From Yuukianura sp. NJ FZ-2021 (Eukaryota), in the NCBI GenBank assembly GCA_046563655.1, contig CM102283.1:4278001-4342000 (forward strand): a stretch of DNA of 64,000 bases. The letters run 5' to 3'. The notes below the pieces were generated by a model, which did not search any database, was not told the origin of the DNA, and saw only the letters and a list, made by a program, of their open reading frames with translations. Of this stretch, positions 37,301 to 47,789 are shown piece after piece. Within the stretch, counting starts at the first letter, position 1. Each line of letters begins with the position of its first letter. Both the position numbers and the translations under genes were made by a program.

Positions 37301-38230
37301 AGATTGCCCCACTTCTCCAACCAACAGATTAAGTTAGGGTAAAACTATAACTTTTCTTGACCGCCACGGCAAGTCCTTAATTTTCTCACATACTAGACCC
37401 TTAAGGCTAGCTACCCACCAAGTTTCACAAAAATCGATGGTAGGGTTTCGCCAGAGTAGTTAGTTTAAAATTTGCACAAAAATTTAATCTTTATTATCTA
37501 GTATGGGCCTATCTATAGGTAGAGAGCTATCCTTTCATTTGAGTTGGTGGATCTCCATGACACTTGACGTCCGATTCCATAAGGTTTTGATCCCGTAATT
37601 GAGCTCATCGCTCAATGGGGGCAGAATGTTGAGGAATCAGGTGGAGATCCGCCAATCTCCCTTCCTCTTTGTGTGACCTCCACTTTAGGTTAAGAGAGTA
37701 CACTTGTACTCATAGCGCTCTTCCGACTCCACTTGTCGCCTTGAGAGAGGACGAAGTGTCAACCTCACCGGAGGTGACGTGGCCATTCTCAAGGGCGATG
37801 AGTGGAGGCGGAATCGCCTCAACTCCCTAGTTAGTTTCAAGTCAAGTCTAAGTCTCATTCCAGCACTCGCTGCAATAGCTTCTCTTTTTGTCGTGCTCAC
37901 TTGAGCCAAATTGTTTTCCCTACAATAGTGGTCACGTGACCTTGTTATTGTTCTAAGTCAGGCCCACTGGGGTTAAGTCTAACTCTCTCGAGTAAGTTAA
38001 GGTTGCCTTTAATTGTGTCCTCCTCCTTGGAAAGTGGCAACAATAAAGCAACTAAAAATCATCTACAGTTTTCAACCCGGACCAGCAAGAAAGCTACAAA
38101 TTTCTTGACACATCCCTTAATATACACGCCTTAAGTGTACAAAAGGATTTCAGAATCTGGACAGTCGTTTTTGTGGTAGCAGCAAAAGAATTGCACTTGA
38201 CAAATTGACCGCATTCATCCACCCATTTCA
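31312..38230 (+). mobile_element. Intact BEL/Pao LTR retrotransposon
   Basis: LTRs 31312-31911 and 37627-38230 (TG...CA), differing only in one short patch. 5-bp TSD GGGTA at 31307-31311 and 38231-38235. PBS TGGCGCCCAACG at 31913. PPT GGGGGCAGAA precedes the 3' LTR. Single long ORF. Confidence 0.97.
31999..37332 (+). CDS. gag-pol: BEL/Pao Gag-Pol polyprotein (1777 aa)
   Basis: LPKVDLPTFDG gag start, three Cys/His knuckles (CVCC..H..C, CYSC..H..C, CRQC..HHTLLH), protease LDSGA, RT KLRVVFDAS..ADITKMY..YVDD, RNase H FCDAS..IPRLEL..WTDS..NPAD, integrase HHCC plus VDFAGP/SDNGTNF/WEAGVK, C-terminal FWRRWSAEYL. Confidence 0.97.
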   Translation: MATQKKSMSGSGTSEGQLQEPPVLFEWAQFGLKATFDQIQDCYNKEFKDWKKVMSVDVPLKEMLITDLKNKFSSWEREVLLAMSVIKDDAALADCKSTISKGQEIITSCFRALFTAKGLLEETAAKAEAAARASLPPASMNNTSVLNSSVTGASKTPSVKLPKVDLPTFDGKHEDWVSFRDLFSAIVVNNDDLSSVFKMSYLKSSLKGDAALQIRNYAVAEGQFEEAWQEVIKRYENTREIVLSLIRRIADAKSVTSDSATSLQRLIDTVTEALRSLKVLKRKVDDWDDLLVYLILEKLDLETRKEWGKVLPADNKMPKFKDLTDFLEVRIRSLQSISKGNTRRTDNHHRVHHVAEGNSTSKNCVCCSKEKHPIYKCPEFNQHTVADRQKLVTQKRLCYSCLSPSHFTKECNSTSRCRQCQKRHHTLLHDTQRGGKGSPSYNTAPPPITSSFVPGGTAFLPEASLAPATINSAIISGLSSSRPLLATAMVKAKNKHGTDSWVRVFLDSGAQGNLISEACVRRLGLPRSRNEPHIYGVGDTYVGQSKGVTTLTLTSHDGAYQFSVAALIMPKVTTPQPDHPLDTSTWIHLKRLPLADPNFNTPGEVDMILDVSCFFTLVTGRKVDGPPGTPSALSTRLGWIIGGSVSEQHAQVHVIRVHQVSHLDTLDIVKRFWELEEVPHAINWTEEERRTEDHFTSTILRDTDGRYVTRLPFKRDPKVLGASRDIAERRLFSLERRLDKFPEKKPEYIDFMRQYESLGHMRKLPSSTDFEIRGRTNYIPHHFVIKEDSSTTKLRVVFDASAQTSNGISFNSVLMVGPKVQPDLFEILLGFRRHPVALKADITKMYRQFKVHDEDCSFLRILWREDPSLPIQAYELTTVTYGTSSAPHTATRCLLQLAEDEGAKYPLGAKALRSNYYVDDFLSSYRTTEEAVEVQKQLTALADSAKLELRKWDSNSEAVLEHIPATMRERNSTIETSSSTLQKVLGISWDATKDSFVFTGFLPETSSKVTKRHVLSEMSRVFDPLGFLSPLTISVKLFFQRLWLPVPSDNGEYVLDWDDEIPELMLEEWFQYLDGLKDITKVAIPRCILPASQTSNAEFHGFCDASSKAYAAVVYMRSTAADGSTVVRLVASKTKVAPNKNLSIPRLELCSALLLSKLINALKTILDAQFKIHTWTDSEIVLRWISCQSRRFETFVANRIAIIQELIPTESWRYVPSALNPADCASRGVTAAELLNHDLWWEGPPWLKLHTTALFQTPQKEISSKDFEEKKRIHFVTSRPTMSFFIATRFSKLKILNRVVAFVLRFARNSSKPKDKRLTGHLTIPELRGALLIIIRQAQGESYNSEFSQLEQQNEVAHSSTLLALNPFVDKETGLLRVGGRLQHSALSDTTKHQIILPAHHHVTKLIIEDLHSDLLHAGFQLLWAELRRKYWIPRARNVIRTIIRRCVVCRRFRADHANQLMGSLPSARVTPSRGFQTVGVDFAGPYTIQVTKGRGRKQFKAYMCLFVCFASKALHLEPVTELSTPAFLAALRRFVSRRGIPSDIHSDNGTNFVGAERELREFLDIARKDEIHHYLTDKSIRWHFIPPGAPHQGGLWEAGVKSAKYHLRRVVGQSTLTLEEFWTLLCQVEAALNSRPLCALSNDPLDHNVLTPGHLLIGQPLTALPEDDVTQQRVNRLTRWQHVTQMFQHFWRRWSAEYLTSLQQRYKWKKKTANVQIGDLVLIRDEQLPPLKWKLARITETHPGSDGLVRVVSLKTATGTLQRPISKIAPLLQPTD

Positions 38231-38350
38231 GGGTAATAAAATAATATGGGAGAGAAAATGGGGAGAAAACGGAGACTTCTCTGGGAATGGCAAGCCATGG
38301 TTTAAAAGAAACGTAACAGTTTTATTGTAGCTTCTTATTGATCATGTTGT

Positions 38351-40793
38351 CTACTTAAATATCAATGGTTCACGAACGTTCTCCTGAAGTACCACAGCCC
38401 AAGCGTTTACGCTAAAAATACACCCGTCGCATTGGGCCACTATTTTTGATTTACTATATCCCAGACAATGGCAGGACCAACAGCCTGGTTTATGGCTTCC
38501 GTCTGTTCTCAAAATACAGGCGTCAGGACAAACGGGACCGTTCCAACATTTCTCCGTAGTCTTGGTAAACGGAGACTTGCAACTACAGAAAGGACAATTC
38601 GCGTAGCGCTGAGTCTCAAGTTGAATGCAATTGTCAGGACATCCTTCCGGTAGGCATGTCCAAGTGTGGTTCGTCACCTTTACTCCAGAACATTGGCAAC
38701 TAAAACAATATTGCTTTTCACTATTGTCTGTACGAGTACACCCTTCTGGACAGACGCCAAATGAATCAAAGCATTTCTCTTCAATTGGATACAAGGCGGC
38801 AGTAGCTTCAATATAGGTAAAGGGGACCCTAGACAGCTTAAACTTTTTTGACGAATTTCCTGCTATTTGCCAATCTGAAAGTAATTGCCAAAAAAAGTTG
38901 GAAAATCTGTACGATAATTGTAGATTGTAGCTTTATGTCAGTTGTATTTAAATAAAACATCGTAATACTGCGAAATATTTTAGATTTAAAAAAAAAAGTT
39001 AGCTGGTGGTAAACGCGCGTAGCCATTGATTGGGAGTCTTTGGCATGGCTGTACACACCCGAATTGGCTGCAAGGGATGCAGGTTTGCTTCATCGATTCA
39101 AGGGATACACGCCAGAAGGCGGAAAACTATTTTCTATTGTGAGCTCGACGATAGTGTCGAATTCAATTTGCGTAGAGTAAACATACTCTATATTAATAAT
39201 GCTGTTACTAATGAGGGGTGACACTTGAGAGGGGTTGCAAATAAAGGTAAAATTTTCAAACTTACCTTCTGGTCTTCCCACAATTTTGGGTTTTGTTTCC
39301 CCATCCAGTTCCGCTTTAATAGCGTCATGACCAGCTAAGAATAAAGAGTAAATCATATATTTAAAATCAGTGTTGGTAGATATCCACTATTTCGACATTT
39401 CGTCCAGTGGATATCCAGTGGGTATCTAGTGAATAGTATATTTCATCCGGTTTATCCAGAAGGAATGGCTGGGTAAAATGGATATAAACGTATATTTCCA
39501 GATACTTCCACCTAATTTGATGTTGGTAGGAGAAATATTTTATACATACACCAACACTATTTAAAATATGCAAGTATGTACAAGCTCCTGATATTATATT
39601 CCAATATCCCTAGTAGCACAAACTTGTCGTAGAGTTAGAGGTTATTCAAGGCAGCTCCCTAAGGTTAGGTCATAGGTTAGATCAGTCTCGAATTCATTAC
39701 ACTCGCCGGCAAGCTTGTTTAACTCGAAATTTTGTTTATTTTTGCTTAAAGGTTATGTCAAAACTCCTTTTTTCTTGATTTGAAATTTTTTGAACCTCAA
39801 ATCCTACGCTACCATTACGCACTTCCGTTGCGTTAGCAACTCAAATTCAAATTATATATTCCTATAGCAAAACAGTAAGAAAAAACCAATATTTTCGGTG
39901 ACACAACAAAATTCGTATGAAATTCGTACCAAATTTGTTTTTTCGTGTTTTTTTTTAAATCGGACTTATGACATAACCTCTTACGCCATTTGTATAAATG
40001 GTCGCTATAGCAACCTTGCTCGCCAGGAAGCAGCGGTAGCCGTTTTTCCGCTCTCCTGAAGTCTATACGTTGTCAGCGGAAACACAATAGTTTTCATGTC
40101 ATAGTCTTGACGCGGTCGTAGGCGTCGTCCTCATGCTCGTCTAAAGTTAGGAGTTTTGGACTCGTGTTTGTACTTCTGTTTACGGATGAAATTCGAGTTT
40201 TGAGGACAGCGAAAACATAACATAACGACAGCGGAGGTACGGCAGCTCTAATTGAGAATAGCGTTTTGCTACGACTTGCTACTAGCTATGTTTCTCCACG
40301 AAAATCTCCAGTTCAAGGATAAGTTTATCATAAGCTTACATTCAATAGTGAGACACACATTATGTCTTGAACTATTATCAGGGTTGCAAAAAATATTTAC
40401 TAAAAACCAGCGAAATATTTAAATAAATGCAATATTTACTGAAAAAGCTCGAAATATTTACTAGCTTAACATTACGGGCATGGGGAAATAAATAAATATT
40501 TTGTAACAAAAATGCTCAAAATATTGATTTTGTTAACATTACAGGCATGGGAAGTAAATATTTTTTGCAACCCTGACTATTATGAAATACTACGCAAAAA
40601 TAATAATATTAATCTCACCTTTGCTTACACCTCGGATTCTGGTAGTTCCTTCACCGTATCCCAATTCGATAAATTCGTGATCAGTTGATTCGTTTTTCTC
40701 CAAACTTTTTTTTGTATCTGTATTCCCACCATTAGGTAGGCTTTCACCAAGACACATTGCTGCGCTAAGAATCAAAATCACAGTCACCCTCAT
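38351..40793 (-). CDS. Secreted Cys-rich protein, paralogue B (possibly a pseudogene)
   Basis: Exon 40619-40793 has a signal peptide (MRVTVILILSAAMCLG). Exon 39266-39334 follows, then a putative exon from 39223 containing TGA at 39090-39092. Last exon 38351-38874 has three Cys modules (CFDSFGVCPEGC..CFSCQC) and IFSVNAW. Linkage of the middle exons is uncertain. Confidence 0.55.
39368..39559. mobile_element. hAT-type MITE (192 bp), intronic
   Basis: TIR CAGTGTTGGT / ACCAACACTA. 8-bp TSD TTTAAAAT at 39360-39367 and 39560-39567. Confidence 0.85.
40379..40575. mobile_element. hAT-type MITE (197 bp), intronic
   Basis: TIR CAGGGTTGCAAAAAATATTTACT / AGTAAATATTTTTTGCAACCCTG. 8-bp TSD ACTATTAT at 40371-40378 and 40576-40583. 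Confidence 0.92.
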
Positions 40794-41259
40794 TGTAATA
40801 CGGAAGCTCCGAGTGTAAATACGCAAACCAGAATTCGATGACGCTAAGGACAGAAAGATTTAAAGTGAGCCTGAATGATACGAACAACAAGGACTCTGCT
40901 TTTATTATGACTGTCCAAAATTACAGTTACTTAGCTTTAGTTTCTTGTTTTTCTTTCCTTGCTATACAAATTCGTTAAGATCCTTTTCTAGCGATGACAG
41001 ATAACTTTGTTTTTTGAACAAAACATAGGCACTCTTGAATAGACCAAGAATGGCAGTTGAAGTACCGCTAAAGGTACCGTTACACTCTTGAATCGCGACG
41101 GGGTCCTCTATGGAAGAATATCACTTGCAAAACTACTTTCCATTTCCGCACCTTAACAAACGTTCCGCCAATTAACGCGCGACATAGTAATGCGTTAAAA
41201 CTTTTTTAATTACAGTATACTGCAGACAAATTTTGAACGGAAAAAAGGCTAAGCATATA

Positions 41260-42487
41260 TGGAGGGATTTCGGTTGCATAATTGTTACATTTTCGCGCTT
41301 TAAAAATTTCCGCCAATTAAGTTTCCCGCGTGGAATTTCGAGATAACCCCTAATGGAAAGCTAACACTGCCGTATATTTTAAGAGTACATTTGCCTAAAA
41401 GCGTACAGAGGCTTTACTGTATGCTTAGTTTTTTGTTGCCATAGGTATTATTAAGCGTACGATTTTCTAAGCGTACGTTTATTTTACTGTACGCTTAATG
41501 TTCGTCTAAAAATACAAGACCCTTTGTTTACACAAATTTTCGCTGATTTTGTATTTGTTGCCATACGTTACCGCAAGGTTGAATACAACGCGCGACACAT
41601 CATTTGTAACCACTAATCATACATCTAAATCATCAAAACTAATATCGGACTCAAAGTTGGAACTTTTGCACTATCCCTGTCCTTTTTTTTTTGCATCGCA
41701 GGTGAAAAAAAATGCGAGAAAGTGAAATAAATGCAACTAATGCAATAAAGTGCAATAATATGCAATAGAATATAAAAAACTTACAATTTACTGCACTTTG
41801 TTGCATTTGATTGCAATTTATTTCATTTTATTTCACATTAAGAGTCAAAAATACTGCACAAAAATGCAAGAAAAGGTGCAAAAATGTCTTTTTTTCATTG
41901 CATTTTGTTTGCGCTTCATTTCAGTGAAAATGTCACTTCTGAAACATTTCACTTCGTAGCATGCCAATTCTATTTAGGTTGTCTTTAATCATAATTGTTA
42001 TGCAAGTTTTCTGAGTCAATCCATGCCTTTTCCTTTTTGCCATAGGCATTTTAGTAATTAATACAACTACGAAGTAGAATTAATTAAATAAAAGGAAAAG
42101 AATGGACCAGAAAACGGTAATAGTAAAAGGTGACAAAGAAACGAAGGTAATTTTTGACAAATGACGACAGTGATATTAAGTTCCTAAATAACCCACTCAG
42201 TCGCTGGTGTATACATGGTGTTGCGCACGCGCAAACCCAACCCGCGCCGAAAAAATTAAAAATACCAAATTGCGAGAATAAATAAAGGGTCTTGCATTTT
42301 TAGACGAACATTAGACCTTTTCCTATTTCATTTTTTTTTTCAATTAACTTTTCTGCAATAAATGTTGGTGCAATTAAAAAAAAGTTTGGCGCATTACTTT
42401 AATGTGGGGATAGCGTCATTTTGAAGTGGCGGAACGTTTTTAAAAGCGCGAAAATGTAAAATAATTTTGCAACCGATATCCCTCCAG
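41260..42487. repeat. Diverged long inverted repeat (old TIR/foldback relic)
   Basis: TGGAGGGATTTCGGTTGCA..CATTTTCGCGCTTT (about 41260) and TAATGTTCGTCTAAAAATACAAGACCCTTT (about 41496) recur in inverted orientation at about 42428-42487 and 42284-42313. Confidence 0.55.
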
Positions 42488-43675
42488 GATAGTAAAGTAA
42501 ATAGTTGCTCCGCGAAAATTTTAATCGTTTCGATTACGGTCAAAATATTTAGGTAATTAACAGCAAAGTGTAGCGCATGCCATTTAATGATTCAATGCCA
42601 CTCACAGTTTCAAATAAATTAATTTCTTTTACAAAATACGTCAACACGAAAAAGAACTTTTCTTAAATTTTAGTTAGAGTCCAAGTTCAAGTTAACCCCA
42701 ACTTTGATATATTCTGTGTCATTCTTCTACGGCATTCCTATGCTGAATTGTCAAGCATCATTTTTTAGCTAAGGTTAATAGTTCGGGAATTTACCTGATT
42801 TAAAGCATACAGATTTGTTGTTTAGAAATCCTTGCACATTTTCTTTGTATGCATATTACACCAAAGTTAAAATTATGTTTGCAATTGTGATGGTCGAAGG
42901 CACTGCACTGAAATAATGTTGCTTAATTGTTAACGGTGTACAGTTTGAATCTGTGCATGCCCTGTCGACGCAAGCATTTTTTCCGGAGATAGGAGTTCAT
43001 AATCCACATGACTCACAAAACAAAACCAGCATACCAGCAACATCAAAAAATCAATTTCTAATTTGGGTTGCATTTTCAAATTTCACCTGAAGCATAAAAC
43101 GGACTTCTGGAACACACGATTACGCATAAATGAATTAGTACATAAGCATAAATCATTTCCAACACAAACAGAAAAAAATCAAAAAATTTTAAATAAAGAT
43201 AGAAGCGGAAAGAAGGATTAACACTGGAAACCTTGAATTGCATATTATTAAACTTATCGCTATTTTCTTTTCAGGATGTAATTTCTACTACTAACCTAAC
43301 CTTTAATTCCAACCTCAATCATGCGTCGTATTACTTGTTGATTCCCACGAATTCTGGACGCTTAAGAAATTGAAAAATTACCAAAAAATACTCGTCCGTT
43401 TCGTGAAACACCAAATTTTCAGTTCTAACCGAAAAAATAATCATACTTGATTCAATTCGATTTGCTAATTGCCCTTTTCTGATTACCTTTTGGTCATTAT
43501 GTTTCTCGTCTAAATCATGATTTACGAGTTTAATGACCTCTTATCGTTCTTGTTAACATAGTTTCTGGAAAAGTTCATAACAACTCGACACACGTTTTTT
43601 TTCATTACGTTTATTTTTCGACTTTATTTGTTTTTACCTAGTATTAAACGTAGCTCGTAATATGGTAGAAATATT

Positions 43676-44340
43676 GTCGCAAGTAGTAAGGTCACATGTA
43701 ATACGGTCGGCAGTAGAAATGCCGAAAATTGAAAAGATCGAAAGGAAAATGTTGGCCATGTAAAAAGATCGGAATATAAAAAGGACGAAAAGTGAATAGA
43801 TTGGAATTAAAATGGTCGAAAAAGGACGCTGGGAGTTTTTAGTATGTATTAAATTATATGTATATATACATATATATTCGTTGGCGTAGATTCCGAATCT
43901 GAAACTCTTTTTGGGGGTTACCCGTCCTTCCTAACATTGGGTTAATTAAGGTTGTGATTAGATTAACAATGTGAATTTCCATTGTATAATCAGTAGTTAT
44001 AGTAAGAATTATGTGCTGTGTCTCCGCGCAAGTTAGATTATTAAATTTAATAACAATAATGGTTAGGCTTTTCAAAAATTATCAAATTTTGACATTCCTG
44101 AATCTTTTTTCCTGAATCGCATTTTTGTTGTTTCTATACATTGAAATGTTTCTGCTACTATACTGTTGCTACCATTTTACTTCAGATTTCGGCTAAAGAT
44201 TTACTTTTACTACACTTTTCGGCATTTTTATATTCCGATTTTTTTTTTACATTTTAACCCATTTACCTGTGATCTTTTCACATTTAAGCCTTATTTCCGA
44301 CCTTATTACTTGCGACCAAATGATTTCGACCGTATTACAT
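43676..44340. repeat. Degenerate inverted repeat built from short subunits
   Basis: GTCGCAAGTAGTAAGGTC and ATGTAATACGGTCG (43676-43709) are mirrored by GACCTTATTACTTGCGAC and CGACCGTATTACAT (44299-44340). Confidence 0.5.
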
Positions 44341-44596
44341 TGAATCCTATTAGAACCCATGTTCACAACCTTTTATCTAATCTTTTTTTTATCTTTTTAG
44401 CAAACTAAATTACTTCGATTGGAGAAAAATAGAGTTTCGAGTGTTTTTCGTAGTGCATTTGCGAGCATAACATCGATATAATTCCGCATTAGTTTTTCTG
44501 TTGGAATTATTGTCTTCGGCCACGGACGGACGCAAAGAAAGGACACGAAAAGCAACCTGATCGAAGTTTGAGTAACCGTACCAGAAATAAGAAACG

Positions 44597-47518
44597 ATGG
44601 TAAGCTTCTCAATTACATATGTTAATTTTTCAAACGTGGAAGCATAAAGAGATGGTAAACTTATCATTTCTTAAACCTTGCCAAATTGTCAAATATAATA
44701 TAAACACAACTAAAAAATAAAAATTATTAACCCGTATTTACTTCGTGTACGTTAGAACGAGCAGTCAAACTTCACAAAGATCCGCAATTTGCTGCACATA
44801 GTGAATGAGTATCTTCGAGCATTATTCTTGCAACGATGGAGAGATGAGATTGGCCAAGATTGGACCACACAAACCGCAACCCTATTCATCAAAGGACGCG
44901 GAAAAAAACTTTATAAGAACTCAATGTTCATCCAGAAAGAGGCACTTGACTCAGGAGATGTAAATCGCTGGGATACACCCCTGTTAGTTGATGTATTACT
45001 TCACATACGTGTTAAAAGGTCGGCGAACGATTCAAGACTCGAGGAGGAGCGCCAAATGTTCGAGGTCATAAAGCAAGTCAGAAATTTCTTGTACCATCAT
45101 CCTTCTATGCACATTGAAGATGACTTGTTCCAAACTTGGTGGGAGAAAGCAGTACCAGTTTTAGAATTTTTTGGAGGCTGTATTGCTGACGTCATTGAAT
45201 TAGTGGAGGATGTGTCACAGCCTGACGCAATGGCGAGCATCGCTAAAGCGGAGAAATTAAAAGAGGATGGAAATGCGGCTTACAGGGAAGGTAAGCACAG
45301 CGACGCTGTAAAACTGTACACAGAGGCCATATTACTGCCAGGATTACCCGCAACAGAGCTGGCTATTCTGTACTCCAACCGGTCGACCGCTCATCTTGGA
45401 ATGTCAAAAGTAGATACGACTCGGATTGATGTAGAGTACGTATACCTAGCCCTCCAAGACGCAAAAGAAGCAGTGAATTTAAACAGAACTTGGTACCGAG
45501 GTTACTTTCGCGCCGCAAACGCGTATATGGCTTTGGAAAAGTTTAGCGAAGCCTTGGAATATTACGACTCAGCCCTTGGCTTCTGTCCTGCTCGACCAGA
45601 TCTAATAACAGCTAGAGACATTTGTCGTGTGAAGTTTGGTGAGCAGGAAAGGCAGGAGCACCTTGATCCATTTAAAATGCTACCTACTGCACAAGAGTTT
45701 CTCCAAAAAATTAAAAATATGACAGATTTGAAGGACGATACTGCCTCCAAACAATTCTCCGAAATCAGATCGCAAGTTACGGAAAAATTAATACCGGGTA
45801 CAAGTGAAGTCCGTCAGGCACATTTGATCTGTCTGGAGTGTGGAGACTATAATCGGGCAGCGTTATTATTCCGTAAAGCTGCTGCATTGGGTAATGCCGA
45901 AGGAATTTATAACTTAGCAGTCATGTATATGCATGGAAACGGAGTAAAACAAAATTTTGAAATGTCACTCAACCTGATGCATGACGCTGCTTCACAGCCT
46001 GTTTGGATTGGTGACATTCCAAACGTTGGCGTTGTGGAAGCCCAACATGCTATTGGGCTAGCCTATCAAGAAGGAACTGGAGTAAAAGAAGACTGGCATC
46101 AGGCTGCTATCTGGTATAAGAAAGCATCCGATCTTGGTTCTCATGCCTCGTCCAATAATTTAGGTATAATGCACCTATTTGGGCGGGGAGATTTCTTGGA
46201 TCCTGAAAAAGGAGTTCAGTATTTGAAGTTAGCAGCATCACAAGGCAATGTCCGTGCAATGGACACCTTGGCAAATTGCTTTTTGAATCATGGGGATCCG
46301 GAAGAGGCTCGGGAGTACTTTAACCTCGCAGTGAAACACGAATACCTTCCCTCCCAACTTAATGCTGCTGATTTTGAAGCCAAATTAAAAGTACTAGAGA
46401 TGCATAGTTTAGCTCTTGAAAAAAAAGTGGCAAAACACGAGTTCATCACTGGAGCCGATTCCCGTGGCCTTAGCTTAAAGGAAAGAGCAACTAACATGAT
46501 GACTGCTATTGCTCCTGACATCGTCCGTTTAAGCGATACCAGCAACAATATCTACTCACGTTGTCGAAAAGACAGCTCAACTCCAATGCAGTCGTCCACA
46601 GGAAATAAGTTTGATTACCGCGAAATAGAAAGCTTTGCAAATCGTTCTGAAACGGCGAGAACGATTTTAAGAACAATGAAACATTTTGGGAGAGGGTCGC
46701 GCATACTCGTAGATCAGAGCTCACGGTCGTCACAAAATTTCCAACAGCAAATGATTTATGAGTTTGCCGAGAGTTTCCGGCGTGAAGAGACGGTGGTGCG
46801 GTTACCACTGAGGCTTAGGGAACATTTAAGCGAAATTATAGACACCGTTCTGAAGTCAATTCCTCCAACAGAAACTTCGGATCTGGACCGCAACGCCAGA
46901 ATCTGTTACGCTTACATGAACTTCGAAAATTTGGCACGATGCACTCATTTTGTTAAGTGCTCAAAACTAAAATACCCTGAGGAGATAGCATTTCACCATC
47001 TCTATTCAAGTTTGCTTTGCTTTCTGAAAAAATTTGATGAAGGGCTAAGTGAATCCGTTAAGTCATTGAAGCAATTTCCAAATGATGTTGAGCTGTCCTA
47101 CATCAAAGCAGTACACATGAGATGTGGTGAGACTTCAAGTACAGATGACGTGATTTCTGCGTATGAAACATTTATTAGCCTTGCACCGCAGGATCATAAG
47201 AGGCTTCCTGAATCCTTCTATGCAATTGCCAACCAGCATTTCAACGAGAACTACTGTACGAAGGGCATCGAAAAAGAAAGTAAGATGGGCAAGACTACGA
47301 AAATAAAGCGGGACTTTTCCTGGTTTCCCAACGTTGAAGAATTTTACGAAATGGGTTTGAGAGCTGAACATAATCAACTGCCATGCTTTCTTCCGTACGA
47401 TTCCAAACAGAAGGAGATTCTTGAACAAGTGAACCTGGTAATCATTGGCAAGTTGAAAACTAGCAGCGGCAATAATCAAGAAAAGGAACACGACGCCTCT
47501 TCTCCCGTTTCTTTTTAA
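44597..47518 (+). CDS. DZIP3-type HEPN + TPR + Sel1-repeat protein
   Basis: ATG|GTAAGC at 44597 splices in phase to a ~2.75-kb exon from 44756 (NEQSNFTKIRNLLHIVNEYLRALF). HEPN-like WDTPLLVDVLL..IKQVRNFLYH. TPRs AEKLKEDGNAAYREG..LYSNRS..GYFRAANAY. Sel1 repeats GNAEGIYNLAVMYMHGNGV, AQHAIGLAYQEGTGVKED. The 3' end probably continues after an intron at 47507. Confidence 0.8.
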
Positions 47519-47581
47519 TTCCCTGACGGGTTGTAGTATTATTGCAATGTCAATAATACTACAACCCGTCAAGGGAATTAA
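47515..47581. repeat. Short TTAA-flanked hairpin (micro-MITE-like)
   Basis: TTAA-TTCCCTGACGGGTTGTAGTATTATTG-caatgt-CAATAATACTACAACCCGTCAAGGGAA-TTAA. Confidence 0.8.
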
Positions 47582-47789
47582 TGTAAGATGTACGTGTAAT
47601 GAAATGACTAAGTAAATTAGACTCAACATTCTCTCCTCTCCATTGTGATTTTAGACTTAGAAAATTGTAATACGTGATTATTTACGGCTCCATGGTCCCA
47701 ATTAGTCAATAAACTCAATCCAATCCAAAAATACTACAACCCACTAAACGATCCTATGAGAAATTTACGGATATTAATTAGGTGTGTCG

